A stretch of DNA of 64,000 nucleotides, taken from the NCBI GenBank assembly GCA_019721035.1, contig JAHEAA010000011.1, forward strand, positions 2,150 to 66,149, read 5' to 3'. A program made the translations under genes and the position numbers. The notes under the pieces are model-generated. The model worked only from the letters and a program-made list of their open reading frames with translations. It was not told the origin of the DNA and made no database searches. The DNA comes from Candidatus Sysuiplasma acidicola (GTDB lineage: Archaea > Thermoplasmatota > Thermoplasmata > Sysuiplasmatales > Sysuiplasmataceae). Positions 9,683 through 20,841 of the stretch are shown here, piece after piece (the stretch's first letter is position 1; each line of letters opens with the position of its first letter).

Positions 9683-10246
9683 ATGGAGCCTCTCTGGTCT
9701 GTTGCTGAAGCCCTCTGGTTTTTCCTGCCCGCGATGCTGCCCAACACGAGCGCTGCGATATTCGGCGGCGGAAAGCCTATCGACGGCGGAAGGATGTATC
9801 ATGGCAAGAGACTGCTCGGAGAGGGTAAGACGTGGAGAGGGCTGTTTGTTGGCATCTCGTCCGGCATCGCAATGGGCTACCTGGAGAGTATTATTTCCAT
9901 TCCTCTGGGAAGGAACCTGTCTTCCGTCTACGTGCCGTCGCTCGCAATACTGCCTGTTCTGATTGCGCTGTCCGCAGGTTCCATGTGTGGCGATCTTGCC
10001 GGTGCGCTCTGGAAGAGGAGGAGGGGCATGAAGAGGGGCGAGAAGGCGCCAATCCTCGACCAGTATGATTTTACGGCTGGAGCGTTCCTGCTGGCTATTG
10101 CAGTTGCACCATCATACACGTTCCGGTATCTCATAGACGGATATGCGATATACGGTTTTATCTGTGTCCTGCTGGTTATATACCCTCTGCACAGACTCAT
10201 TAATTACATCGGTTACAGAACAGGATTGAAAAGCGTGCCGTGGTAA
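9683..10246 (+). CDS. carS: CDP-archaeol synthase (CDP-2,3-bis-O-geranylgeranyl-sn-glycerol synthase, DUF46 family)
   Basis: The protein is about 187 aa and polytopic. It carries the family signature LPAMLPNTSAAIFGGGKPIDGGRMYHGKRLLGEGKTWRGLFVG. Confidence 0.8.
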   Translation: MEPLWSVAEALWFFLPAMLPNTSAAIFGGGKPIDGGRMYHGKRLLGEGKTWRGLFVGISSGIAMGYLESIISIPLGRNLSSVYVPSLAILPVLIALSAGSMCGDLAGALWKRRRGMKRGEKAPILDQYDFTAGAFLLAIAVAPSYTFRYLIDGYAIYGFICVLLVIYPLHRLINYIGYRTGLKSVPW

Positions 10247-10356
10247 CGCAGCGGCGTTCACAGACACACGCCGGTACACCTGGCGGCGGGCACCCGTGCA
10301 ACGCCGGCACAAACTTTTACTATGCACCTGGCATTGCTGCACAACGGGCGCACCGA

Positions 10357-10881
10357 TTGACACAAACACTGTTTGATACACTGACAGAGGCAGGAGCACT
10401 GATGTTCGGAGATTTCGAACTCACTTCAGGCAGAAGGAGCAGCTATTACGTCAACATAAAAAAGGCATACACCGATCCTGCGATACTGCGTGCCATAGCG
10501 TCGGAAATGGCGCCGCACGTAGCGGGCAGCCGGGTCGCGGGAATGGAGCTTGGAGCGATACCCATCGTCGTCGCAGTCTCACTGGAGACCGGCAAACCGT
10601 TTTCCATGATAAGAAAGGAACAGCGGGAACACGGCACACGGAATATGATAGAGGGTGCGATAAAGCCCGGGGAGACGGTGGACATCGTGGAGGATGTGAG
10701 CACGACTGGGGGTTCCATTCTGAAATCGGTTAAATGGGTTGTGGAAGCAGGCGGAAGGGTGGAAAGGGCAATCGTCGTAGTTGACAGGGGGGAAGGGGCG
10801 GCAGACGCACTGAGGAGGGAAGGGATTGCACTCATATCGCTGGTTAATGCGGAGGCGCTATCAAAGGGCGCAAAAAAATGA
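10357..10881 (+). CDS. pyrE: orotate phosphoribosyltransferase
   Basis: The translation reads FGDFELTSGRRSSYYVN..., GMELGAIPIV, and has the PRPP loop VDIVEDVSTTGGS. The track ORF starts at GTG 10240 and overlaps carS. The in-frame TTG at 10357 gives a typical length of about 174 aa, but the exact start is uncertain. Confidence 0.85.
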   Translation: MTQTLFDTLTEAGALMFGDFELTSGRRSSYYVNIKKAYTDPAILRAIASEMAPHVAGSRVAGMELGAIPIVVAVSLETGKPFSMIRKEQREHGTRNMIEGAIKPGETVDIVEDVSTTGGSILKSVKWVVEAGGRVERAIVVVDRGEGAADALRREGIALISLVNAEALSKGAKK

Positions 10882-10962
10882 GCATGGATTCCCTGCGGTA
10901 CCGAAAGCATAACGGGCTTCAGGGACTGCGCGATTGGATAGAGGGTAGGGGAATACCGAATA

Positions 10963-10974
10963 CTATATATATAG
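10963..10974 (+). promoter_or_regulatory. TATA-like box upstream of the rpoH-rpoB-rpoA1-rpoA2-rpl30e-nusA operon
   Basis: The sequence CTATATATATAG is centred about 43 nt upstream of the rpoH ATG, in an otherwise G+C-richer intergenic region. The call rests on position only. Confidence 0.35.
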
Positions 10975-11010
10975 ATTTCAGTTAGCACTAGTATACGGAC
11001 GAGATGCGAG

Positions 11011-11271
11011 ATGCCTGCTTTTAATATTCTAAATCATGAGATGGTTCCCGAACATCGTCTGCTCGGTGATAAAGAATCCGAAAGAGTTCTGAAAAAAATC
11101 GGTATCACAAGAGAGCAGCTGCCGAAGATAAAGCTTTCAGACCCCGCGATCAGGGTGCTGGAGGCCACTTCCGCGGCAAAGGAAGGTATAAGGGAAGGGA
11201 TGATTGTCGAAATCAAGAGGAAAAGCAAGACTGCAGAGCAGTTCGTTGCCTACAGACTGATTACAAGATGA
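11011..11271 (+). CDS. rpoH: DNA-directed RNA polymerase subunit H (Rpo5)
   Basis: The 86-aa protein begins FNILNHEMVPEHRLL...DPAIRVL and ends ...GMIVEIKRKS...VAYRLI. It occupies the canonical position directly upstream of rpoB. Confidence 0.9.
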   Translation: MPAFNILNHEMVPEHRLLGDKESERVLKKIGITREQLPKIKLSDPAIRVLEATSAAKEGIREGMIVEIKRKSKTAEQFVAYRLITR

Positions 11272-11322
11272 ACCGCGGGACAAACGGATGTTTCAAACTC
11301 AATTCATAGGAGTGTGTTTTGA

Positions 11323-14300
11323 TTGAAGGAGCTTGTAGTATCGTATTTCAGAGAGAGGAGCATTGTAAACCACCACATAGCGTCGTTCAACGATTTTCTT
11401 AGCAGCTACAGCAATGCAAACAGCAGGATGCAGCGCATAGTAGACAACGCAAGGGTGAGCCCGGACGACATGGAGAGGGGAGTCATAAGACTCGATCCGG
11501 AGAAGACGGACGGCAAGATCATCGAGATACGCATAGGCAGAAGGAGGGACGAAAAGACCGGCCTCATTGACCCCATGGCAAAATCCACCATCACGGTGGG
11601 CAAACCAGTCGTGAGGGAGGCAAACGGTGCGAGCCACGAACTCAAGCCGATGGAGGCGCGTCTCAGGAATCTGAATTACCAGGCGCCGATATTCCTCAAA
11701 TTCACCGTCGTGGAGGACGGCATCGAGCGCGAGCAGGAGAATGTGCACATAGGCGATTTGCCGATCATGGTGAAGAGCAGTTCCTGCAATCTGACAAAGG
11801 AGAATATACTCGAAGAAGGGAGCGAGCGCGAACTCACGACGCAGGAGCACGTTGCAAAGCTGCAGCAGGAAGGCGAAGACCCTATGGATCCCGGCGGCTA
11901 TTTCATAGTCGGGGGGACAGAAAGGGTGCTCATAACGCTCGAGGACCTCGCACCGAACAGGATACTGGTGGAATACAACGAGCGGTACGGCACCAAGATA
12001 CAGGTGGCCAAGGTTTTCTCACAGAAGGAAGGGTACAGGGCACTGACAGTCGTCGAAAAGAAAAAGGACGGCATACTGATGGTCACTGTGCCTGCAGCAT
12101 CCGGCCAGATACCGCTGATTATACTGATGAAAGCACTTGGCATGGAGAGCGACAATGAGATTTTCGAATCCATTGTGAGCGATCCGCGTATGGAGGAGAT
12201 TGTCTATGCAAACATAGAGGATGCCCAGGACAAGAAGAACTACCCTCCGAACGGCATATACACGAGGGAGGACGCACTCGGCTACCTTGAGAAGAAATTC
12301 GCGACAGGGCAGGCCAAGGAATTCAGGATCAAGAAGATTGAATCAATCATAGACAGATCGCTCCTTCCGCACCTCGGTGACACTCAGGATGACAGGATGA
12401 AGAAGGCCGTCTTTCTGGGCAGGATAGCGAGGAATGTTCTCGAACTCTCCATCGGCGTCAGAAGGGAAGATGACAAGGACCATTATGCGAACAAGAGGCT
12501 CAAGCTTGCGGGAGACCTCATGGAGGATCTGTTCAGGGTCGCATTCACAAATCTGATAAAGGATCTGAAGTACCAGCTCGAAAGAAGTGTCTCCAGGAAG
12601 AAGGAGATAAAGATACAGAGCGCGATAAGGCCGGACCTGCTCACGCACAGGCTGCTCCATGCGCTGGCGACCGGAAACTGGGTTGGCGGCAGGGCCGGCG
12701 TGAGCCAGCTGCTGGACAGGACATCTAACATGAGCACGGCGAGTCACCTGAGAAGGGTCACGAGCCCGCTTACGAGGAGTCAGCCGCACTTCGAGGCCAG
12801 AGATTTGCATCCGACGCAGTGGGGCCGCCTCTGTCCGAACGAGACGCCCGAAGGTCAGAACTGCGGTCTCGTCAAGAACGCCGCACTGATTGTCGATGTA
12901 TCGGAAGGCATACCGGAAGCCGAGGTAGTCACTCAGCTCAAGGATCTGGGTGTCAGGGAAGCGAAGTTCTCGGAAATGATGCAGCAGACAAGGGTGTACG
13001 TCAACGGCGATCTGATCGGCGTCGTAAAAGACGGCACAAAGCTCGTGGACGAAATAAGGGAGAGAAGAAGATCTGGCAAGATATACGGGCAGCGTTCGCA
13101 TGAACTCAATGTTCATTTTGACAGAATCACGAAGGATGTTTACATCAACTGCGATGAAGGCAGGCTGAGACGGCCGCTCATTGTTCTCAGGAACGGAGCA
13201 ACTGGTCTGAGCCAGCAGATGCTTCTGGAGGTCGGCGAAAACAAGAGGAGCTGGGGAGAACTCGTCCGCGGCGGCGTAGTCGAATGGATTGATGCGGAAG
13301 AGGAGGATGACAGCTACATCTGCGTCGAACCGTATTCCGTGCCCGCGAGGTGCCCGAGCTGCTCGGCATTCATCTCCAGGGGCGATGTGAAATGGCTTAA
13401 CATGGAGCAGCAGGACACACACGCCAGGCTGCAGTGCAGATTCTGCAACAAGACGTTTGAAACGGACAGCGTGATTAACAGGGAACACACGCATCTGGAA
13501 GTTGACCCGATGGTCGTTCTCGGTGTATGTGCAGGACTCGTCCCGTATCCGGAACACAATCCGTCACCGCGTGTCACGATGGGAGCGGGAATGGCAAAAC
13601 AGTCCCTCGGTCTCGGTGCATCCAACTACAGGCTCAGGCCCGATACAAGAGGTCATCTGCTTCATTATCCGCAGAAGCCGCTTGTCCAGACAACGCAGAT
13701 GAACTTCACCGGTTTCAACGACAGGCCGGCCGGACAGAATTTCGTCGTTGCAATCATATCACATTACGGATACAACATGCAGGACGCCATCATAATGAAC
13801 AGAGGATCCATAGAGAGGGGACTGGGCAGATCCACATTCCTGCGAAGCTACAGGGCAGAGGAGAGGCGCTACCCCGGCGGTCAGGAGGATCACTTTGAGA
13901 TACCCAGCCCGGACGTGCGTGGCGCCAGGGCCGATGTTGCATACAGCAACCTCGGCGAAGACGGCCTGATATCGCCGGAGACACGCGTCAACGGAGGCGA
14001 TGTGCTCATAGGTAAGACATCACCGCCGCGTTTCCTGGAAGAGGAGACGGACTTCCTGACACCCCAGAAGAGGAGAGAGACGTCCATAACGGTCAGGTCC
14101 GGGGAATCGGGCTATGTCGACGGCGTCATTCTCACTGAGTCGGAAAACGGTTCGAGGCTCGTCAGAGTCAAAGTAAGGGATGAGCGCATTCCGGAACTCG
14201 GCGACAAATTCGCATCCAGACACGGCCAGAAGGGCGTTGTGGGACTGCTGGTGCCGCAGGAATCCATGCCGTTCACATGCGACGGCGTCGTTCCCGATCT

Positions 14301-14940
14301 CATGATCAATCCGCACAGTATACCGTCGAGAATGACGGTGGCACATGTGCTCGAAATGGTCGGCGGAAAGGTCGCCTCCCTCTCCGGCAGGCTCGTGGAC
14401 GGCACTGCCTTTTCAGGCGAAAAAGAGGATGCCCTGAGACAGGAACTGCTTGAACTCGGTTTCAGGAACAACAGCAAGGAGGTCATGTACGACGGCACGA
14501 CCGGCAGAATGATTCAGGCAGAGATATTCATCGGCGTCATCTACTACCAGAAACTGCACCACATGGTTTCCGGCAAGCTGCATGTCAGGAGCAGGGGACC
14601 TGTCCAGATACTCACCAGGCAGCCGACGGAAGGACGTTCCAGACAGGGCGGTCTCAGGTTCGGTGAGATGGAGAGGGATACGCTGATTGCGCACGGTGCC
14701 GCGATGGTGATCAAAGACAGGCTCCTTGACGAATCGGACGGCACATACCAGTATGTCTGCGGCAATCCCGAATGCGGGCACATAGCGTATCAGGACAGGA
14801 GGGGTGTCGTGCGCTGTCCGGCATGCGGCAACACGACAAACATTCACCTGATACAGACGAGTTATGCCTTCCTTCTGCTCATGTACGAACTGATGTCACT
14901 GGGCGTTGTCATGCGCCTGCAACTGGAGGATTTGAAATGA
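11323..14940 (+). CDS. rpoB: DNA-directed RNA polymerase subunit B (Rpo2), unsplit
   Basis: The 1205-aa protein contains LCPNETPEGQNCGLVKN, PYPEHNPSPRVTMGAGMAKQSLG, SRHGQKGVVG, GLRFGEMERD and the C-terminal zinc ribbon CGNPECGH...CPACGN. The start is TTG. Confidence 0.97.
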   Translation: MKELVVSYFRERSIVNHHIASFNDFLSSYSNANSRMQRIVDNARVSPDDMERGVIRLDPEKTDGKIIEIRIGRRRDEKTGLIDPMAKSTITVGKPVVREANGASHELKPMEARLRNLNYQAPIFLKFTVVEDGIEREQENVHIGDLPIMVKSSSCNLTKENILEEGSERELTTQEHVAKLQQEGEDPMDPGGYFIVGGTERVLITLEDLAPNRILVEYNERYGTKIQVAKVFSQKEGYRALTVVEKKKDGILMVTVPAASGQIPLIILMKALGMESDNEIFESIVSDPRMEEIVYANIEDAQDKKNYPPNGIYTREDALGYLEKKFATGQAKEFRIKKIESIIDRSLLPHLGDTQDDRMKKAVFLGRIARNVLELSIGVRREDDKDHYANKRLKLAGDLMEDLFRVAFTNLIKDLKYQLERSVSRKKEIKIQSAIRPDLLTHRLLHALATGNWVGGRAGVSQLLDRTSNMSTASHLRRVTSPLTRSQPHFEARDLHPTQWGRLCPNETPEGQNCGLVKNAALIVDVSEGIPEAEVVTQLKDLGVREAKFSEMMQQTRVYVNGDLIGVVKDGTKLVDEIRERRRSGKIYGQRSHELNVHFDRITKDVYINCDEGRLRRPLIVLRNGATGLSQQMLLEVGENKRSWGELVRGGVVEWIDAEEEDDSYICVEPYSVPARCPSCSAFISRGDVKWLNMEQQDTHARLQCRFCNKTFETDSVINREHTHLEVDPMVVLGVCAGLVPYPEHNPSPRVTMGAGMAKQSLGLGASNYRLRPDTRGHLLHYPQKPLVQTTQMNFTGFNDRPAGQNFVVAIISHYGYNMQDAIIMNRGSIERGLGRSTFLRSYRAEERRYPGGQEDHFEIPSPDVRGARADVAYSNLGEDGLISPETRVNGGDVLIGKTSPPRFLEEETDFLTPQKRRETSITVRSGESGYVDGVILTESENGSRLVRVKVRDERIPELGDKFASRHGQKGVVGLLVPQESMPFTCDGVVPDLMINPHSIPSRMTVAHVLEMVGGKVASLSGRLVDGTAFSGEKEDALRQELLELGFRNNSKEVMYDGTTGRMIQAEIFIGVIYYQKLHHMVSGKLHVRSRGPVQILTRQPTEGRSRQGGLRFGEMERDTLIAHGAAMVIKDRLLDESDGTYQYVCGNPECGHIAYQDRRGVVRCPACGNTTNIHLIQTSYAFLLLMYELMSLGVVMRLQLEDLK

Positions 14941-17747
14941 TTGCAAGAGGTGTTTCCAAGAGGATTTCGTCGATCAGGTTTGCGCTGCTGTCACCCGACG
15001 AGATAAGAAAGATGTCCGCCGTCAAGATCATCACTGCGGACACGTACGATGATGACGGTTTCCCCATAGACATGGGACTCATGGATCTTCATCTCGGCGT
15101 AATAGAACCGGGACTGAGATGCAAGACATGCGGACGCAAGGTCGACGAGTGCCCCGGCCATTTCGGGCACATTGACCTGGCCATGAATGTCATACACGTC
15201 GGTTACGTGAAGGAAATAAAGAAACTGCTTGAAGCGACCTGCAGAAGATGCGGAAAACTTCTTCTCACGAAGGAGCAGGCGGACGAGTTCCGCAAGAGCA
15301 TGGATCGTGTGGAGGAATTCGGAGGGGACGTGGCAGACATGGGACTCGTCACGAAGGAGACTGTCAGAGAGGCTGCCTCTACGGCAGTCTGCCCGCACTG
15401 CGGCGCAACGAGGGCGAAAATCACCCTGGACAAACCGACTAGCTTCAGGGAAGAGGGGCACAAGCTGACGCCGAAAGAGGTAAGGGAGAGGCTGGAGCGC
15501 ATACCCAATTCAGACCTCATACCGCTCGGACTCGATCCGCGCGTCTGCAGGCCCGAATGGATGGTGCTGACGGCACTGCCCGTTCCGCCAGTGACGGTGA
15601 GACCTTCGATAACGCTGGAATCCGGCGACAGATCTGAAGACGATCTGACGCACAAGCTCGTCGATGTGCTGCGCATAAACCAGCGGCTGCGGGAGAACCG
15701 TGACGCGGGAGCGCCGCAGCTGATAGTGGAAGATCTCTGGGAACTGCTGCAATACCATGTCACCACATACTTCGACAACCAGACGTCGGGACTGCCGCCG
15801 GCCAGGCACAGGAGCGGCAGACCGCTCAAGACACTCGTGCAGAGGCTGAAGGGAAAGGAGGGCAGGTTCAGGTCAAACCTGAGCGGTAAGCGAGTCAACT
15901 TCTCCGCCAGGACCGTCATTTCGCCAGATCCGCTGCTATCAATAAATGAGGTCGGCGTACCTGTGGATGCGGCAAAGGAGCTCACGATGCCGTTGACCGT
16001 GAATCCGTACAACATAGACGCACTGAAGGAGATGGTAAGCAGGGGGCCGGAGCCCGTTGCGGTCATCGGCGAAGGCAGATCCAGATACCTTCCCGGAGTG
16101 AATTATGTCATACGGCCGGACGGAAGAAGGATCAAGGTCACAGACAAGAACGCGACGCAGGTTGCTGAAATGCTCGAACTGGGCTTCATTGTGGAAAGAC
16201 ATCTTGCCGACGGCGACATAGTGCTGTTCAACAGACAGCCGTCGCTTCACAGGATGTCCATGATGGGACACGAAGTGAGGGTCATGCCCAGCAGAACGTT
16301 CCGGCTGAGCCTCAGCGTCTGTCCTCCGTATAACGCCGATTTCGATGGCGATGAGATGAACATGCATGCACTGCAGAGCGAGGAGGCAAGGGCCGAGGCG
16401 AAGGTGCTGATGAGGGTGCAGGAACACGTCCTCTCTCCGAGATTTGGAGGGCCGGTCATCGGAGCGATACACGATCACATCACCGGTTCCTTCCTGCTCA
16501 CGTACATGAATTCCATGTTCACCAAGGAGGAAACGATGCTCATACTCTCGAGCGTCAGGAGGCACAGGCAGCTGCCGAAACCGCTGTTCACCGGAAAGGA
16601 CGGTGTGGAAAAGTGGAGCGGAAAGCAGCTCTTCTCGCTCATTCTGCCTGAAACGCTCAACATGGCGTTCAAATCATCCATTTGCGTAAATTGCGAACCG
16701 TGCATTTACGAGAAATGCGAGTACGATGCCTATGTGCGCATCAAGGATGGCAATTTCGAGGTAGGAACGATTGACGAGAAAGCGATAGGGTCATTCAAGG
16801 GCAAGATTATTGACAAGCTTGCGAGAGACTACGGCTCCGATGTCGTGAGGGAGTTCATAGACAATGCAACGAAGATGAGCATTGCCTCCATCATGGTCAG
16901 GGGATTCAGCGCAGGGCTGGCGGACGAGGACATACCGGTCGATGCAAAGAAGAGGATTTCAGATTCTCTCGATGCTGCGGTAAAGCGCGTCGAGGAACTC
17001 GTCACCATGTACAAGAACGGTGAACTCGAACAGATGCCAGGCAGGTCTATGGAAGAAACGCTGGAAGTCGAGGTCATGAAGGTACTGGGTCGTGCAAGGG
17101 ACGAGGCAGGGAACATAGCAGGGCAGTATCTTGGTATGGAGAACTCGGCAGTCATAATGGCGAAATGCGGCGCGAGGGGCTCAATGCTCAATTTGTCGCA
17201 GATGGCCGGCTGCATCGGTCAGCAGGCGGTCAGAGGAGAAAGACTCTCCAGGGGATACTGGAACAGGACGCTGCCGCACTTCAAGCAGGGAGATCTCGGT
17301 GCGCAGGCGAAAGGGTTTGTCAAGCACAGTTACAAGGACGGTCTGACCGCGACCGAATTCTTCTTCCACAGCATGGGAGGCAGAGAGGGACTGGTCGACA
17401 CTGCCGTCAGGACGTCCAGGTCCGGCTACATGCAGAGGAGGCTCATCAACGCGCTCGAGGACATCAAGGTCACGGAAGACAGAACGGTGCGCAACACGGC
17501 AGATTCCATCGTCCAGCTCTTCTACGGAGAGGACGGTGTCGATCCGTGCAGGAGCGTTCAGGGCGATGCCGTAGATGTCGACGGCATACTGATCGAGGCA
17601 CTGGGCGACGAAGCTCAGCTGCTCGCGAAGATTGACGAGAAGAGAACAGGCGCTTACGCGACCATAGAGAATGACATGATGGAAGGACAGGAAGAAGAGG
17701 AAGTGGAGGAAACGGAATACGACCTCGGCGAAGGTGAAGAGCAATGA
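14937..17747 (+). CDS. rpoA1: DNA-directed RNA polymerase subunit A' (Rpo1N)
   Basis: The ATG at 14937 overlaps the rpoB stop as ATGA. The protein begins [27 protein letters not shown] and contains zinc motif [31 protein letters not shown] and the catalytic motif [11 protein letters not shown]. The track extension back to 14772 lies inside rpoB. Confidence 0.97.
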   Translation: MIARGVSKRISSIRFALLSPDEIRKMSAVKIITADTYDDDGFPIDMGLMDLHLGVIEPGLRCKTCGRKVDECPGHFGHIDLAMNVIHVGYVKEIKKLLEATCRRCGKLLLTKEQADEFRKSMDRVEEFGGDVADMGLVTKETVREAASTAVCPHCGATRAKITLDKPTSFREEGHKLTPKEVRERLERIPNSDLIPLGLDPRVCRPEWMVLTALPVPPVTVRPSITLESGDRSEDDLTHKLVDVLRINQRLRENRDAGAPQLIVEDLWELLQYHVTTYFDNQTSGLPPARHRSGRPLKTLVQRLKGKEGRFRSNLSGKRVNFSARTVISPDPLLSINEVGVPVDAAKELTMPLTVNPYNIDALKEMVSRGPEPVAVIGEGRSRYLPGVNYVIRPDGRRIKVTDKNATQVAEMLELGFIVERHLADGDIVLFNRQPSLHRMSMMGHEVRVMPSRTFRLSLSVCPPYNADFDGDEMNMHALQSEEARAEAKVLMRVQEHVLSPRFGGPVIGAIHDHITGSFLLTYMNSMFTKEETMLILSSVRRHRQLPKPLFTGKDGVEKWSGKQLFSLILPETLNMAFKSSICVNCEPCIYEKCEYDAYVRIKDGNFEVGTIDEKAIGSFKGKIIDKLARDYGSDVVREFIDNATKMSIASIMVRGFSAGLADEDIPVDAKKRISDSLDAAVKRVEELVTMYKNGELEQMPGRSMEETLEVEVMKVLGRARDEAGNIAGQYLGMENSAVIMAKCGARGSMLNLSQMAGCIGQQAVRGERLSRGYWNRTLPHFKQGDLGAQAKGFVKHSYKDGLTATEFFFHSMGGREGLVDTAVRTSRSGYMQRRLINALEDIKVTEDRTVRNTADSIVQLFYGEDGVDPCRSVQGDAVDVDGILIEALGDEAQLLAKIDEKRTGAYATIENDMMEGQEEEEVEETEYDLGEGEEQ

Positions 17748-19075
17748 ATGCGCGCACCACAAAGAAGAAGGCCAAGCCTGTCTCGAACGAGCTTGACACA
17801 TACGTCGAGAGGAAGGCGCGTGTCGGAAGCGATCTGCAGAAACGCCTGTCAAAACTGCTTCAGGAAATGGGGCGTACGCTGCCGGAGAGCGTCATAGAGA
17901 AGGTGGCCAACAGAATCGAGGGCATCGAGGTACGGGATTCCACGCTGAAGAAGATACTGACGAAGGCGTGCGACAGATACGACGGCCATCTTATTGACCC
18001 GAACGAGTCGGCAGGCATCATAGCTGCACAGAGTATCGGCGAACCGGGAACACAGATGACCATGCGTACATTCCACTACGCGGGTGTCGCTGAAATCAAC
18101 GTTACACTTGGACTTCCCAGACTCATAGAGATTGTCGACGCGAGGAGAGCGCCGAGCACACCCATGATGGAAGTGCACATAGCCCGGGAGTGCGCGGAGG
18201 ACAGAAATGTTGCGATGTGGGTGAGCAACAGGATTGAAATTGCATCACTGCTCGATGTGGCTTCGCTGGAGACCGATCTCGGCAGCATGAAGGTGCACAT
18301 ACTCCCTGATGCCGAACGGATGAAGAGAAAGGGCATAACGGAACAGGTGATATACGACGCCCTTCAGCAGTCCAGGGGGCTCAAGGATATTGTTTCCTAC
18401 ACGCCTTCCAAGGGCATCATCATAGAGGTGCAGGAACCGTCATTCAGGCTGCTGCATCAGAAATCCGAGATTGCGAAGGATACGAGGATCAAGGGCGTCA
18501 CGAACATAACGAGGGCGGTACTGAAGAAGGAGGGTGCCGAATACGTCATTTACACCGAAGGATCGAATCTCGAGGAAATACTCTCGCTGGAACTGACATA
18601 CGGCCAGTATCTCGAGTCCGAGGACAGGAAACTCTTTGAGGAACTGAGCTCGAGCAATCCGGCAAGACTCGCCGCACCGCTTCTCGACAAGTCGAAGATC
18701 AAAACGAACAACATCGAGGAGATATACATGGTTCTGGGTGTGGAGGCTGCGAGGAACGCCATCATCAGCGAGGCATCGCAGACGCTGGAGGAACAGGGAC
18801 TCGTTGTAGACATAAGGCATATCATGCTCGTAGCCGATATGATGACAAACGACGGCAGCGTCAAGGCGATAGGAAGGCATGGTATTTCGGGACGCAAATC
18901 GAGCGTGCTAGCGAGGGCGGCGTTCGAAATAACGTCGACGCACCTGCTGCGGGCCGCCATCATCGGCGAAGAGGACCATCTGGACGGCGTCGCGGAAAAT
19001 ATTATAGTCGGCCAACCGGTTACACTGGGCACCGGCGCTGTAAACGTGGAATACGTGCCCGGTAAGAAGGGATGA
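17744..19075 (+). CDS. rpoA2: DNA-directed RNA polymerase subunit A'' (Rpo1C)
   Basis: An ATGA overlap links it to rpoA1. The translation contains [26 protein letters not shown] and a trigger-loop region ending GQPVTLGTG. Confidence 0.95.
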   Translation: MNARTTKKKAKPVSNELDTYVERKARVGSDLQKRLSKLLQEMGRTLPESVIEKVANRIEGIEVRDSTLKKILTKACDRYDGHLIDPNESAGIIAAQSIGEPGTQMTMRTFHYAGVAEINVTLGLPRLIEIVDARRAPSTPMMEVHIARECAEDRNVAMWVSNRIEIASLLDVASLETDLGSMKVHILPDAERMKRKGITEQVIYDALQQSRGLKDIVSYTPSKGIIIEVQEPSFRLLHQKSEIAKDTRIKGVTNITRAVLKKEGAEYVIYTEGSNLEEILSLELTYGQYLESEDRKLFEELSSSNPARLAAPLLDKSKIKTNNIEEIYMVLGVEAARNAIISEASQTLEEQGLVVDIRHIMLVADMMTNDGSVKAIGRHGISGRKSSVLARAAFEITSTHLLRAAIIGEEDHLDGVAENIIVGQPVTLGTGAVNVEYVPGKKG

Positions 19076-19353
19076 ACATGGATATCGATAGCGCATTGAA
19101 GCTCGCAGTGGCTGACGGCAAGGTTGTAATCGGAGAGAGGGAGGTAGAGCGGTGCCTGGAGAAGAAGAAGGCAAAGGCACTGATATACTCTTCAAATGCA
19201 CCGAAGGCGGCCCACTACGCCAGGCTGAGGAGCATCAAGACACACAAATACAGCGGCGGCACCATGGAACTCGGCGTCGCGTGCGGCAAACCTTTCGGCG
19301 TTTCGGTTGTGGCCATTACCGATGAGGGTTCTGCGTCCCTGCTCGGAGCGTAA
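19072..19353 (+). CDS. rpl30e: 50S ribosomal protein L30e
   Basis: The 93-aa protein reads ...[21 protein letters not shown]...[10 protein letters not shown]...[17 protein letters not shown]. It sits in the canonical position, with an ATGA overlap to rpoA2. Confidence 0.9.
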   Translation: MNMDIDSALKLAVADGKVVIGEREVERCLEKKKAKALIYSSNAPKAAHYARLRSIKTHKYSGGTMELGVACGKPFGVSVVAITDEGSASLLGA

Positions 19354-19358
19354 CGTTC

Positions 19359-19784
19359 TTGCAGAATATGAAATTCAATTCGGACACGTTGCGGTACATA
19401 TCGATGTTTGAGAGCGTGACACACTGCCAGGTGAAGGATTGCCTGGATACGCCTGACAAGCTCGTCTTCGTGGTCGTTCAGGGACAGGCGCAGAGGGCCG
19501 TAGGCGCGAAGGGCGCGAACGCGATAAGAATGAAACAGCTTACTGGAAAGGACATACAGATCATAGAATTTTCAGACGAGCCCGTCCAGTTCGTCAAGAA
19601 TGTATTCCACAATTACGGAGTGAAGGACGTGGTGCTCGAGGAGCGGGGTAACATAATGCATGCGACGGTTACAGTCGATCCCGCAGTCAAAGGCAGGGCC
19701 ATAGGAAAAGAGGGCAAGAATCTCAGGATCGCCAGAGACATAGTTAACAGACATCACAACATACAGAGCGTCAGCGTCGCGTGA
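19359..19784 (+). CDS. nusA: archaeal NusA homologue (two KH domains)
   Basis: The 141-aa protein contains FESVTHCQVKDCL..., VGAKGANAIRMKQLTGKDIQI and IGKEGKNLRIARD. It sits in the canonical position after rpl30e. Confidence 0.9.
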   Translation: MQNMKFNSDTLRYISMFESVTHCQVKDCLDTPDKLVFVVVQGQAQRAVGAKGANAIRMKQLTGKDIQIIEFSDEPVQFVKNVFHNYGVKDVVLEERGNIMHATVTVDPAVKGRAIGKEGKNLRIARDIVNRHHNIQSVSVA

Positions 19785-20841
19785 GAGAGCGCCTTTCGAC
19801 TTCGGTCCTTTCGGCGGACGGAAATTCTTCCACTATGAATGTTTCTGCGCCCACGTCTGGAGCTATCTCCTCGGCAATCCATGGCGCGATTTCAATCCTC
19901 CCGCGCTCATGATCGGCCCTGATGAATTTTGAAGGTATGCTGAACTTCCGCTTTATCTCCGAAAGAGAGCGTTCGAGTTCGGATGTCTCAATCACGCCCC
20001 TTACGAGCGTGCCGTCCTCCGTCACGACGTCGCCGCTCCACTTTACGACATCGGCCATCCGCTTCATCCTCTCGCGCAGCTGCACCGAATCCTTAAAGGC
20101 GGAAGGGCAGTAGTGCACCGGTATAGAAAAATGACCGCGCACCGTGTTCTCAGCCGTGGCGGCGCTGCCCGCTATCGAGTTGGAATAGTCGTTGGCGAGC
20201 TCGTATCCCTTCGAGCGCAGATTCGCTGCGTTGCTCTCTGACATTTCCAGCTCATTCAGGTTGACAAACTGCGCGCCGGAGCGTGCCGCCGCCTCGATCA
20301 GCTCTGACAGGTCGCGCTCCATGCCCGGTATCGCAGGCACCTCCAGTCCCGCTCTCATGCCCAGCGCGCGTGACTCCCTGAGCATTCTGTCGAAATTGGT
20401 TCCGGGGAATCTGCTCCACGTCGACTCCGGGGGGTGAATTCTGATTTCATCGAGTCCGGCACCGGCTATGAGAGGCAGAGCGCGCAGGTTCGGCCTGCCC
20501 GTATAGAGATGAATGTGATGCGAACGGCCGAAGGCGCTCTTGAGAAGCGAAATATAATGTGCCGTTCTCTCTGGCACTATGAGCGGGTCTCCGCCGGTGA
20601 TGCCGGTGCCGAGCGCGCGCATCCGTCTAGCCTCGTCCAGTATGTCATCATCCGACGAGACGAGTCTCTCGTTTGCATAGACTGCGTCGACGTTCGCCCG
20701 CTTGAAGGAAACCGGGCAGTAGAAACAGCCGACGTCACATACGCCCGTGACAAAGAGCACCATCTTCGCCCCCCTTATGCACTGGGTGCAGCCTCGGGCG
20801 AGAGAGCCGGAGTACAGACCGTCACCTGCCGTGTTCCTCAT
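19771..20841 (-). CDS. radical SAM protein, uncharacterised family (pyruvate formate-lyase activase-related)
   Basis: The CxxxCxxC cluster motif occurs in LFVTGVCDVGCFYCPVS, followed by GITGGDPL. I prefer the start at MRNTAG (20841). The longest ORF reaches 20931 and would overlap the divergent gene's upstream region. Confidence 0.75.
   Translation of the reverse strand: MRNTAGDGLYSGSLARGCTQCIRGAKMVLFVTGVCDVGCFYCPVSFKRANVDAVYANERLVSSDDDILDEARRMRALGTGITGGDPLIVPERTAHYISLLKSAFGRSHHIHLYTGRPNLRALPLIAGAGLDEIRIHPPESTWSRFPGTNFDRMLRESRALGMRAGLEVPAIPGMERDLSELIEAAARSGAQFVNLNELEMSESNAANLRSKGYELANDYSNSIAGSAATAENTVRGHFSIPVHYCPSAFKDSVQLRERMKRMADVVKWSGDVVTEDGTLVRGVIETSELERSLSEIKRKFSIPSKFIRADHERGRIEIAPWIAEEIAPDVGAETFIVEEFPSAERTEVERRSLTRR

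Noticed and set aside
10240-10356. Long N-terminal extension of pyrE overlapping carS
   Set aside because: The extension is Arg/Gly/Pro/Ala-rich and has no counterpart in PyrE. An in-frame TTG at 10357 gives the usual protein length.
12343-13557. 404-aa minus-strand ORF inside rpoB, together with other long antisense ORFs in rpoB, rpoA1 and rpoA2
   Set aside because: It lies entirely within unmistakable RNA polymerase coding sequence on the other strand. Long antisense ORFs are expected by chance in G+C-rich coding DNA with few TAA or TAG codons.
14772-14936. N-terminal extension of the rpoA1 ORF
   Set aside because: The extension lies within the rpoB 3' coding region. The conserved RpoA' N-terminus ([15 protein letters not shown]...) begins at ATG 14937 in an ATGA overlap with the rpoB stop.
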